A stretch of 54,984 nucleotides of DNA, filler included, from Sphacelaria rigidula (lineage: Eukaryota), in NCBI GenBank assembly GCA_964200075.2. It is 6 parts of 6 records of this genome, joined end to end, with 100 filler letters (N's around TTAATTAATTAA, not from the genome) between each part and the next. Parts side by side here need not be neighbours in the genome. Positions count along the whole stretch, not along the records: positions 1 to 9,082 come from CAXNAA020009347.1; positions 9,183 to 18,264 come from CAXNAA020009348.1; 4 more parts are not named here. One strand, written 5' to 3'. Shown here piece after piece: positions 1-11,366 of this stretch (positions within the stretch are counted from its first letter, which is position 1; every line of letters begins with the position of its first letter). The translations under genes were made by a program, and so were the position numbers. The notes under the pieces were generated by a model that was not told where the DNA came from, made no database searches, and worked only from the letters and a program-made list of their open reading frames with translations.

Positions 1-37
1 TGTCATCTACTCTCAATCTCACGAAAACACTGTTTTG

Positions 38-357
38 AGTGGTCGAGCTACTCAGTTTTTGAACCACGAGCAATGAATGACTCGCGTGCTTGTGTCATTT
101 ATTGTATCCCCCACGAGCATGACATGAGTGGTCGAGCTATTCGATTTTTGAACCACGAGCAATGACTCTTCTTGTACCCGAGTCATTTATTTTCTAAACC
201 GCGAGCAATGACTCGCGTGCTCGAGGCATTTATTATTTCTTCATCACGAGCAATGACCCGAGCGCTCGAGCTATTCATTTGTCAAGCACAAGCAATGACT
301 CGTGTACTCGAGTTAATTTTGAAAAACTCCAGCGATGACTCGTGTGCTCGAGTCATT
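38..357. repeat. Degenerate ~40-45 bp tandem array with palindromic core (GCAATGACTCG-cgtgct-CGAGTCATT)
   Basis: About 7 units of 'cacgagcaatgactcgcgtgctcgagtcatt' separated by T-rich linkers. The same unit occurs in reverse orientation at 40790-41130 and 41810-42070. Confidence 0.85.
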
Positions 358-711
358 AACAGCCGATGATCGAAATTGAGGATGGAGCTTTTCATTGAGG
401 ATGAGAACTCGGAGGATTAAAATCTTCGTATCCACACCAAATCTTCGAAATATGGCTCCATTCCTCGACCTACTGGTAGCTATTGACAAATACTACACGT
501 CATATAAATTTAGATTTGGATAACCGAAATGTTGAGTCCTAGGTGAAAGACCAATCTCGGGGAGTTGTAGGGCGTGTAGCAGTTGTCAATAGTATAGTAG
601 CTCAAGGAATGGAAACATATTTCGAAAATATGGTGTGGATACGAAGATTTTCATCCTCCGAGTTTCCATCCTTAATGAAAGCTCCATCCTCAATTTCGAT
701 GATGGGCTGTT
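358..711. mobile_element. Foldback MITE (family F) with ~140-bp TIRs and 4-bp TSD CATT
   Basis: 358-~500 (aacagccgatgatcgaaattgaggatggagc...) is the reverse complement of ~570-711. It is flanked by CATT at 354-357 and CATT at 712-715. A partial second copy lies at ~36385-36625. Confidence 0.85.
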
Positions 712-736
712 CATTGCCTAATAATAGTGGTCGTAC

Positions 737-1070
737 CAAGGGTTTGTCGGGGGGAAAATCTGGACACGTAGCACCCCCCCTCCCTCCTCTCCCGGAAGGC
801 AACTTTTCGAAGAACGTCATATAATAGTTTGCTTTTGCTAAATATTGTTGAAGAAATTGATCAAGAAACACTGGCAAAAACCTAAAAATGTGGTGGACTT
901 TGCGAGAGGTTATTTGTATATTTGCTTCTGTTCCTTGCCCGCTCTGTCCCGATGACCTCGGGTGCCAGCCACGCTCACACACATGTATGCACACGAGCGC
1001 ACGGTATCGATAGCCTACAGCCAAAGTAGCAACATAATCTCACGCCTCGTCATACTTGCCCGGATTACTG
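737..1070 (+). mobile_element. Interspersed repeat / hAT-like MITE family D (copy 1)
   Basis: Shares 'ccttgcccgct..gtcccgatgacctcgg..cc..cac.ctcacaca' and the 5' end with 30589-30954 (+) and ~35555-36136 (-). Confidence 0.75.
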
Positions 1071-1121
1071 ATAGGTACTCGAGGCACTCCACTCGACATG
1101 GAACATGATCCATCCCATAAC

Positions 1122-1408
1122 AACAAACTTTTCGTGAGGTTGAGAGTTGGGTGCGGATTGAGAGTGGCTTTGATCATTCGCTTTAACTTGGCCAATGTTT
1201 CATTCCTCGTGTGCTTTTCGTTGTCTCATCACTGCGATGTGCTTACAGCTACACGTTGATATCCTACTCAGGCCTCAGTGGCAAGCTACTACAGAGAATA
1301 TTGGGCATGGTGGAGGTGCATTTCGGAACTGAAACGGCTTATTCAACTAAATGACCGCTTTTCGCTCTCAATCATACCTTCGACTCTCAAATTCACGGAA
1401 ACGTTGTT
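1122..1408 (+). mobile_element. MITE family A (~300 bp, ~29-bp TIR AACAACGTTTTCGTGAGATTGAGAGTAGA), copy 1
   Basis: TIRs at both ends. Internal sequence is homologous to 22807-23106 and 41235-41535 (-). An isolated TIR end lies at ~6-34. Confidence 0.85.
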
Positions 1409-1764
1409 ATAAATGATGCGGTGCATTTTATTTTTTTATTCAGCAGCGGTGTCGTGCGTTACCAGGTTGGTCTGCAGTTCATAGAGCGATATGGTCAAGT
1501 CGGGCTGATTTGGTACACTTGATGAGCTGTGGTATGAAATGCAAATGCGGGATTTACTGCTGGCCCAGCTCGTATAGAACAACGCTCGTCCCTGGCAAAC
1601 CGGATAGAAGAGCCCGGAAGTTTGCTCGTGCCAAGTGAATCCACGCATCAAATAGTGAATTAGGTCGTTCTACATGTTCTAGAAGTACACACTAGAGTCG
1701 GTATATTTGAGAAGTTTGTTGTACTTTGTCCCGCGTGGTATGTGTGTGTATGCGTATGTGTGCT

Positions 1765-2120
1765 ATGTCGTCATCCCATCTATTCTGGACGCCAGTCTAC
1801 ATTCGGCATTTGTGGGCGGATCAGCCGGGGTCAGACGGGAGGACGGTCTCAACACAGCATTTGTTTTGTTTGATCTTGTCTCAGCATTCTATCTTCCTTC
1901 CTTCTGCAGGGCTTGGCTTAATTTTTATCGCGAGAAGGATGCAGCGGTTCCTTTCCCTCGTCGATCGTCAAGTCGAATTTGTGTACCCACGACATGGTCG
2001 CTCTCTACTGCTGCGCGTGATATGAGAAAAAATCCCAGATCGTGTGACTTCCCCGAGATTCGAACCCATGTCCCAACCATGAGGTTTCGAGGTTACAACT
2101 GAGCCACCGGGGCGGCCAGC
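1765..2120 (-). mobile_element. tRNA-derived SINE family A (copy 1)
   Basis: Minus-strand head has a Pol III A-box (GGTGGCTCAGTTG) and B-box (GGTTCGAATC). Body is homologous to 7650-8010, 40390-40525 and 50340-50500. Confidence 0.75.
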
Positions 2121-3398
2121 GGGTGGTAGAACCGTATAAAATCCTCGCCCGGAACCAGGTATACCTTATTCCTACCGTGCTCTACCCACCACGACGGACA
2201 ATCCGAGTTCGTCGAAAATAGAACCGTCTACCATCAAGACACAAGAACCTGCAAGCCGATCAGGTCGGAGATTACCGTATACCAAGAAAAAAAGAAGAGG
2301 AGAAACAACCCCCTGTTTTCCCCCCAGCACTCTCCACCACTATATCAACATTTGAATATAGAACACCACGAGGAACAACAACAAATGAAAAGATGAGAAA
2401 AAAATCGAAAACAGGGAAAGGCCAGGGCGCAAGTGAAACAGAAGGTCGACGCTCTACACCTACAATCACTACGGAGGACATGCTCTCCCTCTTTCCTCTC
2501 TTTCCCCATCTCTTCCTCTCTTTTTTTTTTTCTGGAAAAAAAAAAATACTTGCCNNNNNNNNNNACAAAAACCAAAAAAACAAAAAAAAAAAAAAACATT
2601 AATTTTAGCGGGAAAAAAAAATGTACTTGCCGACGAAATGAAAAAAAAAAAAAATAACAAAAATTACCCCCAACCTTACGCCTATACGTAATTTTTTCGA
2701 CTTCATTTACAACGTGTTCGGTATCATTCTTTTAGTGTTTGAACATCATTTAAGCAAACAGCCGGTCCGCGAATGATCGTAGAAAAAAATCGTCTACAAC
2801 GTGAAGAAACAAGCAAACAAGCCGAAAAACAACTTCAATACCATCAGCAGTCACATGCCAAACAAGGGAAAAGGACGCATGCCTCGCTTTTACCCCGATC
2901 TTTTCTCCCGACACACGCACACACGCACACACGCACACGCACACGCACACACACACATCTCTCCCTCACACAACCTGTTGTATACTTTTTGAGACAAATC
3001 TATCAAACTCAGATTGCAGGGTGCTTAGATTCTGGGAAAACACCGGCACGTACTCGGACCAGAACGAAGCTGAGGCAATCCATAAACCTCTACTGCATCG
3101 TGAGTTCACAGTACTTCGGTCACGGAGATCCAGCAAGAGGCACCCAGACCCGAGGGAAGACCGAACCGTAAAGGAATATCATTCCGCCACTTCTTTCCAC
3201 CAAGCTATACATACCGTGTTTTTCATGCGCACAACATGACCTGCATCAAAGGCAGACAGACACCTGCATCACAGACACAGACACCGTCCCCGCCTTTTTT
3301 CACCAAAAGTCCTTTGTCTACCAAAATCCCGGCTAGGTCGCTCTCAGTCGTCGGCCAATGTGGTGTAATGCCGGACAGGGGTAGAGAAAGTGAGGCGA

Positions 3399-3434
<36 letters not shown>

Positions 3435-4848
3435 CTGTAACACAACCACCAACAAACGAAGGGAAAAACAAAATATAAAGGGGGGTTGATACAAAAAAAA
3501 CAACAAAATACTACAACAATACCATTTCGCCCCCTCGCCCATCCCCCAACAGAAGATGATGAGTCAACACATGACACCAAAAAAGAACCTCAAGGGTTTC
3601 CCTAAATATGAAAACAAAATATGAAAGAAACACTATATGTTTATAATACTGTAGAATGACAGGGTGCACAAGAAGCTACGACAAAAAATCACACGTACAC
3701 AGCAAAAACAAAAAAGTCCCCCCCACCCCCCCTCCCCCCCCCATCAAAATGGGCTGCAAAAAAGAGTAAAAAAGGAGCATTCTTTCTTTGCTCAAAAACA
3801 ATTGAACATAGCGATGTTGTTTGTACAGTGGAATAGGTTCTTGCTTGGGCTGCCAGTACCACGAAAACATCAGTAGCCAATAAAAATACCTGCTAAAAAA
3901 GTCCGACATACAGCGTCGTTTCGTCCTCAACCATGTCACACATGAAGAGAACCAAAACCGAACCACGACCTGGGACCGAACCACGACGCAGGACCCGTTA
4001 ATGATTGAAACGCCGGATAAAATAGCCAGACATGGGCATGGGCAGCTAGCTGCCAACACGGCGTTCTACCTTGATCTCTTCATTGGTGAGTTGACCACAC
4101 CATCCTCACAACCCCACCCGCAGAAGATATTCAAAAAAGAACTCAAACATTCGTTGTCCGAGACGCGCCGAACGAGACTCCAAATGCTTCCATATCCGGC
4201 CGTACGTTCCAACGCACCCTCCCAGCCGATCAGCAATATTGCCCCTCCCGTGTGCCGCGGGCAGGTCCAATGGGACATGGTAGGTACCCGTGGCGGCGGC
4301 GGCAAGCAAGAACGACGACCGTCGCGGTCAGAGCGACGTATCCCGAAACGCCGACAACGGCGGTTACTGATCCAGTTCCTTCCCCCATTCCGATTTGGGA
4401 GAGATACATTATCCGAGTGTGTATTCACATTCACTCTGTTCACAGCAGTTGCGAATACTTCTCCCATTTCCTATTCTCAACCCCCTCCCCCTTCCCCGCC
4501 CTAGCCACCGCTCATCCCGGCAAAATGAGACACACCATTGATGAAAAGCTGGTGACTATTCACCGCAACGCTGACCCGCATCAGGACACCGCTGGGCACA
4601 AACAAGGTTGAATCGTAGGTGTCCCACGGCTTGCCTCGAACCGCTCCGACACCTTTCCAGAAAAAAAAAAAAATGTCGTCGGAAATTCACCGCTGAAAAG
4701 AAGCAAGGATCCTTTCCTGTTTCCCCCAGTTGATGGAGTAATGGCGAATATCCGCACGAAACAACAGGTCAGAACCACTCCATCTCTCTGTTCATCCACT
4801 CCTTCGTTGCCACATAACCATTTGACGAAGCTATGATGCCCGGTCCGC

Positions 4849-6776
4849 TTAGTTGTGTCCGTGCCAGCGGTCGACCGAGCTGAAGGTGAACGGCCGACGG
4901 CACTCCCGCTCATCCGAAGGGAGCATATCCCACACAGCATCCTCAGACGCCGAACGCTGGCGAGTAGACAACCCACTGTTCCCCTCTCCACCGGCATCCC
5001 CGCCACCGCCGACCGGCCCGCTGCCGCCGTCCCTGCCGATCGTCGACGCCGCCGAGGCGCGGGACATCGCTCCCGACCCCGGAATATTCAACGACAGGGC
5101 CCGAATGCGGTTTCCAGTTTCATCATAACTGCCGCCATCGCCCAATCGACCGGCTCTGCCGAATCCGCGGCGCCCGCCCGCTGCTGCCAGACGGTTGGCC
5201 GCGTTGATCTGAGCTGCGATGGCCGTGGCGTTGGCGAACGCGGCGGGTGTGACTCCTGGAGGAAGAAAATATTCTGCACCGCTGCCGCTGCAGACACCTT
5301 CGTCACCACTTGCAGAAGACGTCGCGGTACAACCCGAGTCCTGACCTTCCCTCGCCGCTGTCGCGGCACTGCTCCAGCCACGGTTGGATTCACCGGCAGC
5401 GGCAGCGGCCGCAGCCGCGCCCGGCGCCGGGGAAGGTATAATGCGGCCGCCACCAAAGGACGGCGCGGTAGACGGAGACGAAGGCGAGGGGGACTCCGTG
5501 GACGCGGAAGATGGTGTGTACACGGGAGAACACGAACAATTCGCCCAGCCACCCGGGCCACGGGAGGCAGGACATGAAGGTGGGTGCTGCCTTGGCTTGG
5601 ATGCACCTGCGGCAGCGCTCGCCACCAATGCCTGTACGTCGGCGCCTAAGGCATGCGGCGGGTTGACGGAGCTCCCACCCCCTCCCCTGCCCGGCGCTGT
5701 GCCGTTACTGCGCGACGAAGTAGCGCCAGAGACCGTGCTGCTGGTACTCGACGCGCTGCTGGCGCTTCCAGGGCGATGGGAGGACAGACGGGGCGGCGCC
5801 ACGAAGATAGGAGGAGGCGGCGACCATGACTTCGAGTGCTGTCGGTGGTGTTGGTTGTTGTTATAGGCGGCGGCGGCGACGGCGGGGAGGGTAGCCGACG
5901 ACGTTGAGCTCAAGTTTTCGGTGGCGGCTACGAATGCGGACACCGTAGCCTCAAGGTCCACGCTGCTGTCGATCGGCTCGTCGTCGAGCGCGGTGCCGAG
6001 CTCCAAGAAGGGGTGTTCCCGTAGTTCCTCCGCTGACGGTCTCTGCGGAAAGGGGCAGCGAAACGGCGGCGGCCGTGGCGGTAGAGTGCGCAAAGTAGAA
6101 CGCACACAAGGGAGGGGGGGGGGGGGGAGGGTAACAAAAAAGTCGAGTATAATATAGGCAGATTGAGGTAACTTGACACTTAGACCGCGAGACTAGGTCA
6201 CCTACTAAATCGGCATCAATTTACACTTGAAAAAGTATGCGTCATCCAGATGGACTACCCGCACCGCGGTCCAAGGGTTAACGACAAGAAAAATAGTACA
6301 GAAACACAATCAGGAAAACAATAAAAATGCAAGTAAAACATTACCCACCGGGCCGTTTCTGCAAATGTGTTTCTTCTTTCGATTTTCCATTTCTACAGCT
6401 GCTGCTGCTTGAGTCTCTACTTGCGGGGATCTTTCAGGACAAAATCATACACACACACACACACACACACACCTGGTCGACGGGGGCTATGCACTGTCCC
6501 ACAAAATCGATCACGGACGCCGGCCAGCCGGAGACGGCGAGAAGCATTTCTACCCACTGCTCTGAACTTGCCACTGATGGCTCCAGCCGCTTCCTTGAAT
6601 GACGGAACAAAGCGAAACAGGAACAAAAACAACCACACACGCATCGGCGGGTGGCAGAAGCAAGACGTGAGTTGCGTCGCAATGCATGAGGCGAAAAGTA
6701 AGGGGGTGCAAGTTCTAGGGTTCACAGTTATTATATTTACCTCCTAAGGCACTTCGTATGATTCATCAGAACATAC

Positions 6777-6840
<64 letters not shown>

Positions 6841-8346
6841 CGCGATGACTTCGCCGTTACTCAAACACTACATTACAGAAGACCCGAGCAAACTGGAAAC
6901 TGAGATGAGAGGATAAGGGAGGGGAGATACAAAAAAGGAAAGTACATACACACACCGATGAACAAACAATACACGCGGCACATGGATACAAGTCAAGTAT
7001 GTGGGTAAGTTGCTTCAATTCCCCTTCCCCTTCCCCCCCCCAAAAAAAAAAAACACACCAAAACAAAGTAAAACGAAGCACACGAAGAAGAAAAAAAATG
7101 GAACGCACTTGAGGATAATCTCGATTAGAAGAGTGCCAAACGCTCGAATATCTCTCGACCCCGCACGCTGCCGCTCCTCCTCGCCACCTCGCTCAACACT
7201 GTCTCCTCTTCCCCCCGCGGCGTCTCCTTTCGCCGACGCGGGGGCCGACGCCGCCGCATCTCCCGCCGCCGCAGTCGTTGGCGCCTTACCACCCCCAGCC
7301 ATCAGACTCCAAGCTCGCTCACTCCAACTACCGCCGCTGCTTTCCCTAGCCAAGGAGGGCCTGACTGGGGGCGATGCCGGAGCGACGATGTCTTCGACTC
7401 CTCCCACGAACAAGTGGCTCTGTGAGGGCTCAATGTAGACGGTGCTGAGATTCAGAGTTCTGGGTGCAGAGGAGGTGCACGAAGGGGCAACGAGTGGGAA
7501 GAAATAGACTGTCAGAACTTTACAGGCCATTCGTTGGTATATGGAGTATCTGTATATATGACCACATAGTTGGCGTAACTACGGGGAATATGTAGAGGCG
7601 AAAAAAAAATACAAATGATGACGTGGTTCCATGTGTTTGTGTTGTGTGTGTGTTGTCACCCTGTTTATTCTGGGCGCCAGTCTATAAATTTTGGTGTATG
7701 TGGGCGATTCAGCCGGTGTCACACAGGAGGAAGACCGACACAAGAGTTTTTCTTTCTTCTTTGTTTTGGTTCTCCACCTTCCCTTTGCGGTGTGCTTGCC
7801 GTATATTTTTCATCACGAGAGTGGTTCAGCGGTCCCTTCCCCTCGTCGACCCTGAAGTCGGAGTTTCGTGTAAGCGGGACATAGTCGCTCTCCACTATTG
7901 GGCATGATGTTAAAGACACACATATTATGTGACCGCACCGAAATTTGAAACCATGACACAGCCGTCAGAAGGTGTCGAGGTTACCTACTGAGCCACCGGG
8001 GTGACCAGCTTAGCATATTTTGTGACCCATCGAGACTCGTTTTGTTGCGGGCAAGTCAATGTGCGACGATCAACCTGTTCATCAACGTATAAAAAAATCA
8101 GCATAAGTATATGCGTATACAGGGAGGGGGGCGGGGGCTAGCTTATAGAGAAGATGAGGAACCCTCCGCTATGATAATCATAGCCAAAAATGCATTCTTC
8201 TTGTTTCTCGTTCTCATTTTCCCATCCCTGTCATTTGTTTTCTCTCACTTGTGCAACACGGGAGACGGCTGCTTGTGAAGAAACGCCAGAGCGTCCAACA
8301 CGTGTCCACACCACCGCTTCACCACGCGCCAGCGCAGAAACTCCAC
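4849..8346 (-). CDS. WNK/NRBP-like protein (pseudo)kinase, 3' part (4 exons; 5' exons missing)
   Basis: GT-AG exons 8249-8346, 7109-7459, 6473-6593 and 4849-6042 join in frame (intron phases 2, 2, 0). Product: VEFLRWRVVKRWCGHVLDALAFLHKQPSPVLHKTLNLSTVYIEPSQSHLFVGG...RDIRAFGTLLIEIILKKRLEP...VIDFVGQCIAPVDQRPSAEELREHPFL, i.e. kinase subdomains VIa-XI. The 'KRWC..(V/I)L.AL.(F/Y)LH....P(V/I).H' pattern is WNK/NRBP-like. A long Ser/Ala/Gly/Pro-rich tail follows to the stop at 4849-4851. Confidence 0.85.
6781..6839. repeat. (CA)n microsatellite
   Basis: Perfect CA repeat in a kinase intron. Other (CA)n tracts lie at ~6448-6472, 8535-8560, 9610-9651 and 22270-22331. Confidence 0.95.
7650..8010 (-). 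mobile_element. tRNA-derived SINE family A (copy 2, intronic)
   Basis: Homologous along its length to 1765-2120 and ends 'actgagccaccggggtgaccagc'. Confidence 0.75.
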
Positions 8347-8749
8347 CTTCCAAGGGACAAAACAGACGAAGCGCAACAAATCAAGCGAGGAAAAAAACAA
8401 AACACGTAAAAATAACAAGTTGGCGTGAGAATAAACACTTTGCTCCCACGGAACACCAACTGGCTATCGCGAGGGCCGTGTCGATGCTCTACCTGTAGGG
8501 TTTAGGTTCGTCAACGTGCAGCAGTGGTGCGGAGCACACACACACACACACACACACACAGGTGGATAATCCTGAAGGAAGTCAGTCCGTCTTCGGGGAA
8601 CAGAGACAGCTGATAAAACATTTGGGCGTGAAAAATGACCTCCGGTGGCTGCTATCCTAATGGGACCGAAGTTATGGAATCCCAGGAACAGGGACGCGCT
8701 TTCCTCAGGCACGTATCGCAGGCAAAATATCTCGACATGCATATATCGG

Positions 8750-9013
8750 TATGCAGTTCGAGTTCCGATGCGTTGGGTTTTTCTTCGTAGTATGTGATTT
8801 TCACCGTGGAAAGCGTGAGGATGTGAATAAACAAAGCAGTTGACTGAGTTTGTTTGACGAAAGTTGACGCGGTGCGGGAGTGCTGATAGTCATGACCCAA
8901 TCCGCGAGACCAAAATGCAAGGCGCGTACCGGGGGAGAGATGGGTTGATCCCCCAAGGCAGACCACGGACTCGTCCAGAGGAAGGAGAGGGGTTCAAAGT
9001 GCGACAAATAAAA

Positions 9014-9056
<43 letters not shown>

Positions 9057-9082
9057 CTGATGATGATGCTGATGCTGATGCT
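8750..9082 (+). mobile_element. SINE family B with (GAT)n tail
   Basis: Core 'ccaatccgcgagaccaaaatgcaaggcgcgtaccgggggagagatggg..gatccc..gaccacggactcgtcc' recurs at 10510-10830 (-), 16130-16370 (+) and 47480-47820 (-). This copy ends in a (GAT)n/(GCTGAT)n tract. Confidence 0.75.
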
Positions 9083-9182
9083 NNNNNNNNNNNNNNNNNN
9101 NNNNNNNNNNNNNNNNNNNNNNNNNNTTAATTAATTAANNNNNNNNNNNNNNNNNNNNNNNNNNNNNNNNNNNNNNNNNNNN
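9083..9182. other. Artificial scaffold spacer (44 N + TTAATTAATTAA + 44 N)
   Basis: Fixed 100-bp spacer containing a six-frame stop linker. It separates scaffolds of 9082 and 9082 bp. Confidence 0.97.
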
Positions 9183-9256
9183 CCGGGAATCGAACCCCCC
9201 AACTCAACCATCAGAAGGTTACGAGGTTACCAACTGAGCCACCGGGGCGACCGGCA
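9183..9256 (-). mobile_element. SINE family A head (truncated by scaffold start)
   Basis: Minus strand reads GGTGGCTCAGTTGG ... GGTTCGATTCC. A similar head lies at ~36265-36325. Confidence 0.7.
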
Positions 9257-9606
9257 CTCACTACTGGGACATATCTGCTCAGTACTTGATAGCGGGTTAA
9301 AACCGTTCGTGCAAAGTTGTCAGGGAGGCCGAGGAGACGCAAATCAAAAACGTGAGTAACGTGCGCTCCGCGTCAACACTCGAAAGGAACAATGGTCTTC
9401 CATGACACGTGAAATCGTCATCACTCACTCGTTGTTGCTCGACTCTCTGCGGAACGCCTGAGCAGAGTAGATTTTCATTCTCCCAACACGTCGGCCGACC
9501 ACCACTACAACAAGAAAAAAATGGTTCTGCTTCGGGGGATAACGCCAGGAGGAGCGTGTCTATACGGCGCTGTTTCAGTGCACAGCATACAGCATACAGC
9601 ATACAG

Positions 9607-9651
<45 letters not shown>

Positions 9652-9653
<2 letters not shown>

Positions 9654-11366
9654 GTGGGCCCTCAGCCTCGCGGCTCCCTTTCGCATTTCATGCTTGACCT
9701 CTTGGTCAATTAGCTGCCTGTCCACGTTTATCCGGTCCAAGCTCTGCAGGACGGGGTCCTTGAGCACGGGCAGATCTCGCAACAGTGCGTCCTGCAGCTG
9801 CACCAGCACGGCGAGTCCATCTTGTATGGCCTGGTTCATGACAGAGGATGGATATAGATAGGAGGAGAGCAAACAAACAAATAAAGCACCAAGGCTTCAG
9901 TACAAAACATGGGGAAAATAATGAAAAATGAAAAGAGTAATGCAACAGTAGCGACACGACAATGACAACATTAATGGAGAAGTGAGTCCGGGAGCTATGG
10001 TACGACGGAGATTCACAAATTATCGTACAACTCGTCAACAATACTACAAAGGTTGGGCCGTTTACTGTAAGCTCGGACACCGTGGGTTACGTGTGGTGTA
10101 CGTCACCCGTTACGTTGTACACGACCCCCTCGAAACCAAATAATACCTTCGGATGATGACTTTTTGTGCTATTATTGATACCATATCGGGACTTGTGGTA
10201 CTGTGCCGGAGATCGTTGTATATCTGTTTCAGTAGCGGGGCACGTTGTATGTTAATGTTGGATATCACCCGGGGTGGTATTTAACGTGATCCACTGAAAA
10301 AAAAACTTGCAGTCTCAACACGCGCAATTTCGACGTCATCAGTCAATAATGGCAGGAAGGTTTTGCTTCCTTTTCATGGATTGCAACACAGATCTGTACA
10401 GCAGATGCTTTAAACAGCCATGACACGTTCGAGGGGGTAAAGGGGAAAAAACAAAAAATGGGCCGCGGTGACGACCAGATGACACGAACTTTGTTTTCAA
10501 GTAACACTTTCAACCCATCCCTTTCCTCGGAACTAGTCCATGGTGTCGAGAGATCAACTCATTTCCCCTTTATCCACTCCTTGATCCCCCTGTAAACACC
10601 TTGGATTTTGATCTCGCGGGTTGGATCAGAACTCCCGCACCGCGTTGACTTCCGTCAGACAAACTCAGTCGATCTCACCATTGATGCTAATCGTGTCCTC
10701 ACGCCTTAGACGGCGAAAATCACATACTTCGAATAAAAAGCCCGGACGCATTTCGCGGGAATCAAACCCGTCTCCTTTCCACTACAATATTATCGTGTCG
10801 GTTGGGCCATTAGACCATTATGCTTTAGCCCGCTGAGGCGCGGCGTCAGAACTTCTTGTATGGTATCGATATGACGAGAGAGACGCAAAAGAAAAAAAAA
10901 CACGAGATGCTGATCAAACGGACTGCACAAAGCAAGGCTTTATTCCGATTAACTGCACCTTCACATCCGTCACGAGTGATCGATGTACTGCAGTCCCCCG
11001 GGAGCAGCGAAAAACCAATCAAAAACCAATGCGTGAGAATGCTCAGCGCGTGGTATAATATCCTCCGTACAATATGTCTCGTACACTTATCAATGCAATC
11101 ATAGCAAAGCCCTCCTGCGAGCAGTTTTTGCGACGCACTCTAGCTATTGCGATGGGCCGACTGTGATAGACTTTACAGGAAACACCCAAAAACCTGACTC
11201 TTGATTTTTTCTCAACAGCGCACCTGCCTCCTCTCCACCTCGATGTCCTTCATATTGCTGAACAGGTCGCCGAGCTTATCGCTGGCGCCTTTCCATACTC
11301 GGCCCTGCTGGGTTACCGCCACCCTGTAGTTCATATCGGCCAACCACACGTCAGATGACACCACAT
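9652..11366 (-). CDS. Uncharacterised alpha-helical/coiled-coil protein, internal exons (possibly BAR/F-BAR-like)
   Basis: Exons 11224-11366 (...DVWLADMNYRVAVTQQGRVWKGASDKLGDLFSNMKDIEVERRQ) and 9652-9830 (AIQDGLAVLVQLQDALLRDLPVLKDPVLQSLDRINVDRQLIDQEVKHEMRKGAARLRAH) have canonical AG/GT ends and join in phase 0. Codon usage is GC3-rich. The 5' boundary of the 11224 exon and the domain identity are uncertain. Confidence 0.7.
10510..10830 (-). mobile_element. SINE family B copy (intronic)
   Basis: Reverse-complement homology to 8750-9010. B-box-like GGGTTTGATTCCC at ~10755-10770. Confidence 0.7.

Noticed and set aside
2030-2120. tRNA genes at A/B-box sequences (also 9183-9256, 15795-15830, 36265-36325)
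   Set aside because: No complete cloverleaf is evident, and most are attached to repeated SINE bodies.
4855-5866. Overlapping plus-strand ORFs (240 aa, 160 aa)
   Set aside because: They are antisense shadows of the GC-rich terminal kinase exon.
9127-9138. TTAATTAATTAA as a biological motif (piggyBac site or terminator)
   Set aside because: It is embedded in Ns and identical at all five joins, so it is a synthetic linker.
4849-11366. Coiled-coil exons fused to the pseudokinase as one gene
   Set aside because: They are separated by an artificial spacer, and the phases of the nearest exons (2 versus 0) are incompatible.
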